Assembly: GCF_004010195.1 (NCBI RefSeq)
Contig: NC_057749.1
Span: 9,373,492 to 9,437,491 of the forward strand
From: Chiloscyllium plagiosum
Lineage: Eukaryota
Reading direction: 5' to 3'
DNA length: 64,000 nt
Of this stretch, positions 12,254-24,266 are shown in pieces. A program made the position numbers and the translations under genes. The notes beneath the pieces are model-generated. The model was not told where the DNA came from. It was given only the letters and a program-made list of their open reading frames with translations, and searched no databases. Within the stretch, counting starts at the first letter, position 1. Every line of letters begins with the position of its first letter.

Positions 12254-12536
12254 CACCTCCTCACCTGTTGTCGAGAAATCCCAACAAGGCACAGAAAGCC
12301 ATGCATTCATGTAGACAAACTCCACAAAGGAACCATGTAGACCTGTTAGTCAAAAACAAATGTGATCTGTCATACTGTTTATGGTTTGCCTTGTATATTC
12401 AGTTGTAGCAGCTTTGGATTGTTTCAGATTACTGAGGGATTAATGTAAGATACTCTTGTACAGTGGAGCAAGGAACAGGAAAGTGCAGAGATTTCTCAGC
12501 AGCCTATTTAACAAGTGATTTGCTTTAGTTTGCTTT

Positions 12537-12834
12537 GGGCGGCACTGCTGCCTCACAGCGCCAAAGACCCGGGTTCAATTCCCGCCTTAGGTGGCTGACT
12601 GTGTGGAGTTTGCACGTTCTCCCCGTGTCTGCGTGGGTTTCCTCCGGGTGCTCCGGTTTCTTCCCACAGTCCAAAGATGTGCAGGTCAGGTGAGTTGGCC
12701 ATGCTAAATTGCCCGTAGTGTTAGGTAAGGGGTAAATGTAGGGGTATGGGTGGGTTGCGTTTCAGCAGGTCGGTGTGGACTTGTTGGGCCGAAGGGCCTG
12801 TTTCCACACTGTAATGTAATCTAATCTAATCTAA
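12537..12834 (+). mobile_element. HE1-type tRNA-derived V-SINE with CR1-type tail
   Basis: B-box ggttcaattcc, central 'gtgtggagtttgcacgttctccccgtgtctgcgtgggtttcc', tail 'gggccgaagggcctgtttccac' and (taatc)n. The A-box segment is deleted relative to the copy at 63901. Confidence 0.9.
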
Positions 12835-14267
12835 AGTTTGCATATTAAATGAGTTGTGCTCATATTAAGGAAAGTGAAATTGAACCAAACCCATTCATAC
12901 AATGAAATCCAGTTGAGAATGAATGCAAATTGAGTCAACTGGGATACAAACATGACAGAAATCCTACAGGGAAGGTCTGTTTACACTTTAGAGTCTGCAA
13001 AGATCAGGTTCTGCTGAGTCAGCCTAACAAAAAATTTAATGCAATCTCCAGTGTTTTCCCTTGTGCATGTGAAGGATTGTCCATAAGTACCAGTTGGAGA
13101 AAAATAGATCAAGAGAAATTAATTGGGAGAGTCATAGATGGAAAATATTCCAGGATTGCATAGATCTCACTGTCTGTACTGATGAGACTGTCTTTCTATT
13201 GTGATTCCAACTTTCAATAATTTGTTTATACTTTGTTTCTGGCATTCATAGCCACTTTATCTTGGGTGCCAAAATTGATGCCAAATGCAAATATAAATCA
13301 ACCTGGAGTGCAGTGCAGAAACAGCAATATGATTGCTTGAGATAGGTGGACTCCTGCTGATAAGTTGGTCTCACACTGATAACGACAGTGTTCGTGAGAA
13401 ACATTACTCATTTGGCGCCAGTGTGAATGTGACAGTGAATAACTCTGTTGCATCACTGAGATATGAAAAATGTTCCATTCTGACTTGTGTGGTGTGCAAA
13501 ATGTCTGGCAGTAGGGTCACCATTTTTATCCACTATACTGATGCCACAAAGTCTATCCAGACACCATCACTAGATTTCAAAATTGACATTGAGCCAAATG
13601 AGGAGACTTTATGGAAGATTATGAAATCCTTGGTCAAAAAGTTAGGTTATAAGAAGCATCTTAAGGGGAATGAAGTGGCAAATCCATTTGAGACTAAGTC
13701 GAAGGCAAGACCTTCAATGTTGCAGTGAGTAGAAGTGGGGAAGTTGACAAATGTTGAAGGAATACCAACATTTTAAAAATGTATTTGCAAAAATATACTT
13801 TATTCATAAGTTAGAGATACAATACAAAAGTTTACTTCAGACATGCCTTGGAATACAGTGAAATTATGACATTCCTCATTTTGTGCTCCAATCCATTTCA
13901 AGAAAAATAACCTTTACTAAACATGACAATAAATATCTACATTCCAATTAAAGCGATGAGGGTATCTTGAATATAACAGACCTTCACTATATTTTACATC
14001 AGAGTGTCTAGGGCTGTAAGAAGTTCCATCACCAAGACCTTTCTTAAAACAGAGTACTTGAAACAAGCAACTTGAAGCAAATCTGACAGGTTTCTTAGAT
14101 GTTGATGATCCCTGCACCAGCCTTTCACACCCATCTACCTGCAACCAATGAGAATTACTTTAAAACAAATGTGGCATCACTTTTTTTATTTCATAAAAGT
14201 TCATTATATATGTTCATTGTCACTGGAGCAGGTCAGTTCTGTGCAGTCTTTGCATATGGAGAACAAA

Positions 14268-14684
14268 GCCTAAAATGTGTTGCTGGAAAAGCGCAGCAGG
14301 TCAGGCAGCATCCAAGGAGCAGGAGAATCGACATTTCGGGCATGAGCCCTTCTTCAGGAATGAGGAAAGTGTGTCCAGCAGGCTAAGATAAAAGGTAGGG
14401 AGGAGGGACTTCGGGGAGGGGCATTGGAAATGCNNNNNNNNNNNNNNNNNNNNNNNNNNNNNNNNNNNNNNNNNNNNNNNNNNNNNNNNNNNNNNNNNNN
14501 NNNNNNNNNNNCTATCGCATTTCCAATGCCCCTCCCCGAAGTCCCTCCTCCCTACCTTTTATCTTAGCCTGCTGGACACACTTTCCTCATTCCTGAAGAA
14601 GGGCTCATGCCTGAAACGTCGATTCTCCTGCTCCTTGTATGCTACCTGACCTGCTGTGCTTTTCCAGCAACATATTTTTGGCTC
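14268..14684. mobile_element. Inverted pair of family A PLE ends around an assembly gap
   Basis: Near-perfect ~165-bp inverted arms flanking Ns (14434-14511). Perfect 15-bp TSD catatggagaacaaa at 14253-14267 and 14685-14699. Hammerhead core at 14593-14620. Confidence 0.88.
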
Positions 14685-15004
14685 CATATGGAGAACAAAC
14701 AAATATTGGAGTTTGACTTTCCCAACAGTTCCAACAATCAAACCCAAAGAATTTTCTTACATATGCCAAATCTTATTTACATATATTGGAGGCACTGGGA
14801 GGGTCTGATAACTGAATGGACCCCCATTGCATTTTGGCTGAAAGATCTTAGATAGTGATCTTTCCCCACTGCAACTTGGATTGTGCCAGCCTGCCACATT
14901 CAATCGAGGTCAACGCCTTGAACTGGAAGACCAACAGGATTCAGGCAGACTAAAGAGTGTCTTTCACTGAGTTGACAGTCCTCCATGTGAGGTTAATGTT
15001 TGTC

Positions 15005-15640
15005 TCAGTGTGCGTTCAGGGGAACAGCCCACAGAGTAGAGTCTTGTGTCACGGAACTGCTTGGGACAAACCTTAACAATAACCATTGCATCTCTCTCCT
15101 GACTTCCTTTGCAAAGGTACATCCCAGAAGGAGATGTACCCACCCCTGAGGTGCTTCAAAGGCAATGTGCAGTTGCACATGGAAACAAAGCATATGTGAA
15201 GGATATGATGGGTACTGCCCTTCTTACCATCAGCCAAGGTATGTTTTGGTGCTTGTTGGAAAGTTCTGGCGATAAGGAATTCTGCCAAATGACGTTGCCA
15301 GCCTGCTCAGGGAACAACTCGACAGGGTCTCACGGATCCTAAGTACTGACCACTTCCTGATGGACTTGTGGTCAAATGTAGTTTACTTTGCAAATTTCTT
15401 CATGAAGGACTGGTGATATGGGATGGTCCAACTACTTGGAGTGTTCCGCAGTACTGAGGCCAGTCCCATCCTTTGCAATACTGGGGATAGGTAGAAACTC
15501 AGTACACAGCGACACTTGGTGTTTGTGTACTGAGGCTCCAGTTTTGATTTGTGGCACAAAATCCACAATCCACAATTCCAGTAACGGTTGAGTTTGTTCA
15601 AATTAAGAATGCTGAAGTAGAGGAAAAGTAACTTTCTAGT
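15005..15640 (-). mobile_element. Tx1/L1-group LINE ORF2 C-terminal remnant
   Basis: HLLLGCTFAKEVRREMQWLL..FVPSSSVTQD (zinc-knuckle region); overlaps in protein similarity with the 16283-16531 ORF. Confidence 0.65.
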
Positions 15641-16074
15641 CATTCTATTATCTCAGGGCTACAAACAGAGATGACAGTCACTGTCAAACAGCAATCCAAT
15701 CTAAATACAAATGCTTCAAGTTGGAATCACCATTGAGTAATATGTGTAGTATGGATGGTCCTAAAAGAAATACTGCAGCATCTGCAGCATCAAGCCTCTG
15801 CAGGATTCCAGCATCTGCAGACCTCACTTTCTCCTAAAGGAAATAGTAACAGACCAATACCATTGATAGATGACTGAGATTGCAATGATTAAGTTAGATA
15901 ATTGTGTATGTGAATAACAATTGATCATTTGTATGTGTGAAATAGTCAATGAGCTGTGGATTTCCACTATGGAAAACTTAAAGCAACCTGGTGAACTTTG
16001 CTTAGTCCCAATCAACCTGGGCACATATTAGAGACCAGAACATTGCATGTAGTCAGTGGAGCTTCCCAGTGATT

Positions 16075-16570
16075 TTCTTTCCAAAAATACACTTTATTCA
16101 TAAAATTTGTCAACAAATTATTTAGATTAGGTAGAGAACATGGTCATCTAATTTGCCTCACTGCACTTCAAATGGAACGTCCACTTATATTTACATGTCA
16201 GTAAATGCTTCATGATGCATACAGCCCAAGCCCTTATTCAAGCCCTATTGTGTATATATCATGATGGGAGGGTGATTCCCTATTAAGCTTTTACAGTGGC
16301 AGCCCAATCTACAGTGTGTCTCTCGACACATTGTTGAATTTTGGAATGTAGCTCCTTTGAATGGCAAATTAAATAGCTTCTGGCAGACAAAAGAGCAACT
16401 TCCACCAAGCTGATGGCCTTCCAACAGCAGCTGATGTTTGCCTCATTGTGCGTCTCTGAAAACAGTCCAGAGCACAGTCCAAGGAGCACAGTGCCCGGTG
16501 TTATGGAACTGCTTGGAGTGAACCATGACAATGAAGTACCGCATCTCTTTCTGGAATATGCTTTTGTAAA
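16075..16570 (-). mobile_element. Tx1/L1-group LINE 3' end
   Basis: FTPSSSIT...CCWKAISLVEVALLSARS, homologous to 32790-33000; 3' end 'ttatgaataaagtgtattttt'. Confidence 0.65.
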
Positions 16571-16910
16571 GGGGGCAGTGATGGCCTCGTGATATTATCA
16601 CTGGACTGTTAATCCAGAGACCTAGGTAAAGTTCTGGGGGCCTAGGTTTGTATCCTGCCATAGCAGATGATGGAACTTGAATTCAACAAAAAATCTGGAA
16701 TTAAGAGTCTAAAGATGACAATGAATCCATTGTCAATTATTGGAAAAACCCATCTGTGTCGCTAATGTTCTTCAGGGAAGGAAATGCTTACCTGATCTCG
16801 GCTACCAGACCCACAGCAATATGGTTGACTCTTAATTGCCTTCTGGCCAATTAGGGATGGACAATAAATGCTGGTCTAGCCAGCAACACTCTCATGAATG
16901 AATATAATAA
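16571..16910 (+). mobile_element. tRNA-headed SINE sharing its tail with the 24266-25030 LINE family
   Basis: Head 'gggcagtgatggcctcgtg...ggtttgtatcctgcc'; tail 'ttagggatggacaataaatgctggtctagccagc' matches 24970-25010. Confidence 0.6.
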
Positions 16911-17343
16911 CGAATGCAGAAAGAGTTGCATTCTCTTCAGGGCACACATCACAAATCTCCAGAGCATTTCCACCCAGATTACTGATTTGCATACCAGCTG
17001 CATAGTGTAAGTAGCAAATGTTGTGCAACTAAATCTTCCAATGATACCAGGGTCACTTTATTGATTCAATACTGACTGCCATATCCAGGCAACAACTGAC
17101 TGTAATGCCATGACTTCTAAACATCTTGTTGCTGTCCTATGTCACACCTTCCTGTACATTCCAGATTTAATGTCATGTCATCTAGCAGATCCAAGTTGCA
17201 ATTAGAAAAAGACAAAGCACCAACTTGGAAGTTTTGCAATGATGAGATTTTTGCAACCTTTATAGGAAAGGAGATTTATGAAATTACTTTCATAAAATGC
17301 ATTAGTTAAGGGGTGTATGGGTATGGAATGATGGGCAGTTGCA

Positions 17344-18361
17344 CATAGAATATGGAACATTACAGCGCAGTACAGGCCCTTTGGCCCTTGATGTCACACC
17401 AACCTGTGAAACCAATAGGAAGTCCAAATATCCTACACTATTCCATTTTCATCCATATATTAATCCAATGACCATTTAAATGCCCTTAAAGTTGGCGAGT
17501 CTACAACTGTTGCAGGCAGGGCATTCCACACCCTGATTACTCTCTGAGTAAAGAAACTATCTCTGACATCTGTCCTATATCTATCACCCCTCAATTTAAA
17601 GCTATGTCCCCGCATGCTAGCCATCACCATTCAAGGAAAAAAACTTTCACTGTTCACCCCATCTGACCTTCTGATTATCTTATACGTCTCAATTAAGTCA
17701 CCCCACAACCTCCTTCTCTCCAACGAAAACAGCCTCAAGTCCCTCAGCCTTTCCTCATAAGACCTCCTTTCCATACCAGGCAACATCCTAGCAAATCTCC
17801 TCTGAACCTTTTCCAAAGCTTCCACATCCTTCCTATAATGCGGTGACCAGAGTTTTGTATGTGATACTCCAAGTGCGGCCGCACCAGAGTTTTGTACAGC
17901 GAAAGCATGACCTCGTGGCTCCGAAACTCAATCCCTCTACCAATAAAAGTGAACATACCATATGCCTTCTTAACAACCCTTTCAATCTGGGTGGCAACTT
18001 TCAGGGATCTGTGTGCATAGACATCAAGATCTCTCTGCTCATCTATACTACCAAGAATCTTACCATTAGCCCAGTACCCATTATTCCTGTTGCTCTTTCC
18101 AAAGTGAATTACCTCACACTTTTCTGCATTAAACTCCATTTACCACCTCTCAGCCCAGCTCTGCAGCTTGTCTATGTCCCTCTGTAACCTGCAACATCCT
18201 TCAGCACTATGCACAACTCCACCAACCTTAGTGACATCTGCAAATTTACTAATCAATCCTTCTATGCCCTCATCTAGGTCATTTATAAAAATGACAAACA
18301 GCAGTGGCCCCAAAACAGATCCTTGGGGTACACCACTAGTAACTGAATTCCAGGATGAACA
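17344..18361 (-). mobile_element. CR1 LINE, 5'-truncated, decayed
   Basis: RT C-terminal ORFs MEFNAEKCEVIHFG...LYKTLVRPHLEY and LEKVQRRFARMLPG..LERRRL.GDLIE.YKI; CR1 3' tail. Confidence 0.95.
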
Positions 18362-18665
18362 GTTTAATACAATATGTGCTAACCATCCCTTCTACATAAC
18401 AGGATAAGAGATGAGCTGTCTCCATCTTTTAATAGCTCATGAATCCAACACATTCAGGGGAGAGATTTGTCTTGGGCAATGAAATGAAAATCGCTACCAG
18501 GTCAGTTGGCTGATATTCAGTTCTATTGTAGTGAAAGAGAGTATTTTATACTCTCAGTATTTTAACTACTTTAGTGATGACATTACAAAGAATTATCAAA
18601 TGAACCTTGCCCAGGTAGTGGTTTTATGGCATTAAAATTCACCTACCTAAACTTTGTTAGCTCAG

Positions 18666-18887
18666 ATTCTGGATCAGTGGTGCTGGAAGAGCACAGCAAT
18701 TCAGGCAGCATCCAACGAGCAGCAAAATCGACGTTTTGGGCAAAAGCCCTTCATCAGTTTATTCCTGATGAAGGGCTTTTGCCCGAAACATCGATTTTGC
18801 TGCTCGTCGGATGCTGCCTGAATTGCTGTGCTCTTCCAGCACCACTGATCCAGAATCTGGTTTCCAGCATCTGCAGTCATTGTTTTT
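18666..18887. mobile_element. Fold-back PLE mini-element, family A, with a hammerhead on each strand
   Basis: ~92-bp near-perfect inverted arms with a 7-nt spacer; TSD actttgttagctcaga on both sides. Confidence 0.92.
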
Positions 18888-18954
18888 ACTTTGTTAGCTC
18901 AGAGCATGTGCTCACCCAAGGAGCAATCGTCTTCTTCAGCTGTACGCTCATTAC

Positions 18955-19312
18955 ATCCAGCTGAGGTTACCATGAAGGATTTGCCATCTCAATCTCTCTC
19001 CTCACCTAAGGAAATGGTGACCCTCAGGTTAAACCACCACCAATCAGCTCTCTTTAATGAGAAATGGTAGCACAGTGGTCTGGAAGGTCTATGCTAACAT
19101 AACTTTAAGGGGATTGGTTTAGCTCAGTTGGCTGAACAGTTGATTCAGTGTGGGTTCAGTTGCTGCACCAGTTGAGATTACCATGAAAAATTCTCCTTCT
19201 CAACCTCTCCCCTTTGTCTGAGCCATGGTGACCCTCAAGTTAAGCTAACACCAGTCATATCTCTGTAATGAAAAAGCAGCCCTAAGATCTGGTAAGACTT
19301 TGATGACTTTAA
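18955..19312 (+). mobile_element. Two adjacent diverged copies of an old tRNA-headed SINE
   Basis: 'gaggttaccatgaa...atggtgaccctcaggttaa' occurs at ~18963 and ~19174. The second copy has A/B-box-like 'tagctcagttgg...gggttcag'. A related relic lies at 60645-60860. Confidence 0.55.
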
Positions 19313-19389
19313 CTTGACATTCTCAAAATGCTGGTTTCCTTCAATTACGAAGAAAGTGATTCTCAGTTTCAAACTGTTGTCTGACTTAA

Positions 19390-19625
19390 CAGAGTCAAAA
19401 AGGGTAGTGCTGGAAAAGCACAGCTGGTCAGGCAGCATCTGAGGAGCAAGAGAATCAACATTTTGAACATAAACCCTTCATCAGGAATGGGCCTTATTCC
19501 TGATGGAGGGCTTATGCTTTAAACATCGATTCTCCTGCACCTCAGACGCTGCCTGACTGGCTATGCTTTTCCAGCACCACACTTTCTGACTGTGATCTCC
19601 AGCATCTGCAGTCCTCACTTTCTCC
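19390..19625. mobile_element. Fold-back PLE mini-element, family A, older
   Basis: Inverted arms; both hammerhead motifs degenerate. Confidence 0.8.
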
Positions 19626-20498
19626 ATCTGACTTAATAAACAAGATTGAAAAACTGCCAAATTGTAACTCAATATTTGCCAGTTTACAATGATGATTTCG
19701 TACTGGCTGACCTACTATTATTTAGCTATTGATTGAAAACGAAGTCAGTAGATCTCTTGCTGTACATATTCTATTTCCAAAATTTGTAAATATTCACAGA
19801 CATTTGACGCATTTGTTGATATAGCACAGATTTTTTTTGAAACTCAATAGACATGGGGTAATTAGCTTCTCTTATTAAAACATATTAATATTTCTGTCCT
19901 GGAATTGCACTGGCTCCTTGTCATTCTTTTTTGCATTATAAAAGGGCCTTTGTCCGTGCAAATCTCCCAATTGTTGTGGAGTCATTGTGGTGTAAGAAGT
20001 GAAAATGAGTTACCAAAATTTAAACCCTGAAGAATTAGAGAATTGAATTGGCTTGGATTTCTGAAGAGTTTACTAAAAGTAACATAGATAAGAATATCAT
20101 TGTAAAAAACTTAATTTTATAAGCCAAATGTGTGATAAGCTGTGACCTCTTTGGCAATTTGTTTTGTCAAACAAGCAAAGATGAGTCAACAATGCTCTTG
20201 CTTTTTTCACATTGTAAATGGCAGGGATCCAAGTTAATTTGCTCACAGAGTTGGGAATGAGAATCAAGTTTAAGACCAACAATAATATTTTCACTAATGG
20301 GTACAATAAAACAATTTTCTACCTCGTGTGGAGCATAGTCTAAGTTGACTATGATTACACTGTATTTTGCCAATAAGACAGAGGATGGTATGGACCAGAC
20401 CAGGCCCCCTCAAAATGTTTTTATGAAGGTGCCTAGATCTTAACTTATTCTTATTTTAAAGGTGGATGTGACGTCCATGTTCCAGATGCAATGCAAAT

Positions 20499-22223
20499 AG
20501 AAGTGATTGCTGGGCCCATTGCTGAGATATTTGTATCATTGATAGTCACAGGTGAGGTGTAGGAAGTCTTGAGGTTGGCTAATGTGGTGCCACTATTTAA
20601 GAAAGGTGCTAAGAAAAAGCTAAGGGACCTATAGACCGGTGAGCCTGACATCGATGATGGGCAAGTTGTGGGAGGGAATCCTGAGGGAAAGGATTTACAT
20701 GTTTTTGGAAAGGTAAGGACTGATTAGGGACAGTCAACATGGCTTTGTGCATTGGAAATCATGTCTCACAAACTTGATTGAGTTTTTGAAGAAGTAACGA
20801 AAAGGATGATAAGGGCAGAGTGGTGGACATGATCTATATGGATTTCTGTAAGGCATTCGACAAGTATCCTTATGGTAGACTGATTAGCAAGGGTAGATCT
20901 CATGGAATACAGGGAGAACTAGCCATTTAGATACAGAACTGGCTCAAAGGTAGAAGGCAGAGTGTGGTGGCGGAGGGATGCCTTTCAGACTGGATGGGAG
21001 TGGTGTGCCACAAGGATCAGTGCTGGGTCCACTGCTTTTCATCATTTATGCAAATGATTTGGATATGAATATAGGAGCTATAGTTAGTAATTCAAAGTTT
21101 GGGAGAAGATTTGTAGCTCGGGTACTCGTTGTTGTGGTTCTGTTCGCCGAACTGGAAATTTTTGTTGCAAACGTTTCATCCCCTGTCTAGGTGACATCCT
21201 CAGTGCTTGGGAGCCTCCTGTGAATTGCTTGTCGTCTGCGTGTGTGGCTACTAAGGATAGCTGGTCGTGTCATTTCGTGGCTAGTTGATATTCATGGATG
21301 CAGATCGTTAGCTGTCTTCCTATTTGTCCTATATAGTTAGTAAGTTTGCAGATGACACCAAAATTGAAAGTGTAGTGGACAGCGAAGAAGATTACCTCAG
21401 ATTACAACAGGATCTTGATCAGATGGGCCATTGGGCAGAGGAGTAGCAGATCGAGTTTAATTCAGATAAATGCAAGATGCAGCATTTTGGAAAAGCAAAT
21501 CAGAGCAGGACTTATACACTTAAGGGTAAGGTCCTGGGGAGCATTGCTGAACAAAGAGACCTTGGAGTACAGGTTCATAGCACCTTGGAAGTAGGGTCGC
21601 AGGTAGATAGGATAGTGAAGAAGGCGTTTGGTATGCTTTCCTTTATCGGTCAGAGTATTGAGTACAGGAGTTGGGAGGTCATGTTGCGACTGTACAGGAC
21701 ATTGATTCAGCTACTTTTGAAATATTGTGTGCAATTCTTGAAAGGGTTCAGAAAAGATTTACAAGGATGTTGCCAGGCTTGGAGGATTTGAGCTATAGGG
21801 AGAGGCTGAATAGGCTGGATCTGTTTTTCCTGGAGCATCAGAGGCTGAGGGGTGACCTTATATAGGTTTATAAAATCTTGAGGGGGGGATGGATAGGGTA
21901 AACAGACACGTTATTTTCCCCAGGGGAGTCCAGAACTAGAGAGCATAGGTTTAGGGTGAGAGGGGAAAAATTTGAAAGGGACCTAAGGGGCAACGTTTTC
22001 ACGCAGAGGGTGGTGCATGTATGGAATGAGCTGCCAGAGAAAGTGGTGGAGACCAGTACAATTACATTTGAAAGACATTTATATGGATACATGAACAGGA
22101 AGGGTTTAGAGGGATATGGGCCAAGTACTGGCAAATAGGACTGGATTAGGTTAGGATATGTGGTCAGCATGGATGAGTTGGACCAGAGAGTCTGTTTCCA
22201 TGCTGTACATCTCTATGACTCTA
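20499..22223 (+). mobile_element. CR1 LINE, 5'-truncated RT region
   Basis: [28 protein letters not shown] and C-terminal motifs; (ctatgact)n tail; frameshifts and stops. Confidence 0.95.
21091..21331 (-). mobile_element. PLE fragment, family D (GIY-YIG piece + hammerhead terminal repeat)
   Basis: Minus strand 21231-21333 translates IGQIGRQLTICIHEYQLATK*HDQLSLVATHADD (GIY-YIG). Hammerhead at ~21167-21206. TSD tatagttagtaa at 21079-21090 and 21332-21343. Confidence 0.88.
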
Positions 22224-22827
22224 CTCAACATTAAGCAAAACAGAAATTATTTAAACACTATAGTTAAAATAAAAACAGAAGAATGAGGAATTTAGAATAA
22301 TTTAACAATTGGAAAACTTAGCCAAATAATATATACAGTACCTATTACTGATTAACTGTCCCAGTACAGTAACATCCCATAAACACTCCCCTTGACAAAA
22401 AGGAAACTTCAGACACAGATTCTTAGTGCAATTCTTCAATCCAGGAAGGAAAAAAACATCAAGAGAAAATTCAGACAGTGTAACAGCCAGGAGACATTCA
22501 CTGAAGCTTCCAATTCTTTTGAGACCACAAAGCTGTCTGCTTAAAACTAAACATAACAACTTAGAAAAAAAACTGGAAAGTCTAATCTTTGAGAACTGGC
22601 CACACCCAGGCTGCTCCAATTGTTTTAACTTAAAAAAAAATCCCAAAGGCCTCACATATTATTGGTTTTCTCTGAGACAGCTCAGCACCTCTGCCTTACA
22701 ACTTCGTTTAAAAATCAGGACAAAATAATCTCTTAAAGTGACAACATCATCACAAGGAGCATAATTGGTTTTGGTAATATCAGTAATAAATACTTAATAT
22801 TTCTGTTCTTAACACATTTTTAATTCA

Positions 22828-22960
22828 TTCTGAAGAAGGGTCACTGGACTTGAAAACCTTAACACTGCTCTCTATTCACAGATGCTGCCAGACTTGCTGA
22901 GTTTCTCCAGCAATTTCTCTTTTTTGATTGTTTCTCCAGTACCCTCCAGGTTTCTGTTTT
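22828..22960 (+). mobile_element. Family B unit, degenerate
   Basis: ctgaagaagggtcactggacttgaaa...cacagatgctgccagacttgctgag. Confidence 0.7.
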
Positions 22961-23697
22961 ACCTTACTTAATACATTCTTGTGTCTTACTTCTGATGACT
23001 CAGTTAGAGGTATTAATCACTAAAATAGGAGGCAAAAAATTATCTTATGCCATATGAAATTTCTATTGATTTTCGTATTGCTCACAGTCAATGTAAGGTG
23101 TGCCTATATCTTTATGTGGTTTAGGCATTAATGGCAGCACTGTTGTCTCCCAGTTGAAAAAGGTATAGGTTTAAGCCTCACTCCAGAGATTTGAACATAT
23201 AATCTTGAGTACAGACGAATACCTTGGTGCAATAATAAAGGATTGTTGCACTATTGCATGTACGGTTTCTTAGCTGTGACACTAAACCATGACACTAAGA
23301 AGAGCAAGGAAGATTCCAGATGTTTTGACCAACATCTATCCCTTAACAAACATTGTCAAAAACAAATTATCTGGCCATTTTTCTCTCTAACTCATTTGGA
23401 CAAATTACTATTGGCCGCTCTCCATTAACATATATTATAAAGTAACCACTTCAAACTACTTAATTTGCTGTGAAGCATTTTGGCAGAGTCCATTGTAGTG
23501 AAAGATGCTATGGAATGGAAGTACTTTTTCCCTACTTGGGAGTTCATGTCTAATGAAACACTCTTGTAACTTCTTGTCTGACATTAGAAAATTAATTAAT
23601 AAGAATGTCCATAGAAAGGATTGTGTTGACATTTGAAACCTGTAAGTGATGTTCTTTGTAGACCCTATATGCAACTATTGCGTAAAGGTTCTCAATT

Positions 23698-24266
23698 AGA
23701 GTCATAGAGTCATAGAGATGTACAGCATGGAAACAGACCCTTCGGTCCAACTCATCCGTGCCGACCAGATATCCCAACCTAATCTAGTCCCAACTGCCAG
23801 CACCTGGCCCATATCCCTCCAAACTCTTCCTATTCATATACCCATCCAAATTGTAATTGTTGCAATTGTACCAGCCTCCACCACTTCCTCTGGCAGCACC
23901 AGCCATACACGTACCACCCTCTGTGTGATAAACTGGCCCCGTAGGTCCCTTTTATATCTTTCCCCTCTCACCCTACACCTATGCTCTCTAGTTCTGAACT
24001 CCCCAACCCCAGGGAAAAGACTTTGCCTATTTACCCTATCCATGCCCCACATAATTTTGTAAACCTCTATAAGGTCACCTCTCAGCCTCCGACACTCCAG
24101 GGAAAACAGCCCCAGCCTGTTCAGCCTCTCCTAATAGCTCAAACCCTCCAACCCTGGCAACATCCTTGTAAATCTTTTCTGAACCCTTTCAAGTTTCACA
24201 ACATCTTTCCGATAGGAAGGAGACCAGAATTGCCCGCAGTATTCCAACAGTGGCCTAACCATGTCC
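23698..24266 (-). mobile_element. CR1 LINE 3' fragment
   Basis: (gagtcata)n tail; GMDRVNRQSLFP...RGQFITQRVVRVW. Confidence 0.93.

Larger units (their letters stand above)
20386..22754 (-). mobile_element. Solo LTR (TG...CA) split by a CR1 insertion; LTR parts 20386-20498 and 22224-22754
   Basis: Begins TG at 20386 and ends CA at 22754; 4-bp TSD AGGA at 20382-20385 and 22755-22758. Strand assignment is inferred. Confidence 0.65.

Noticed and set aside
13333..13728. 131-aa ORF
   Set aside because: Non-ATG start, no recognisable motif, and the 3' half overlaps an L2-like remnant.
18666..18860. Long hairpins as miRNA genes or DNA-transposon MITEs
   Set aside because: The arms are PLE terminal-repeat sequence, are asymmetric, and have long variable TSDs inconsistent with DDE transposons.
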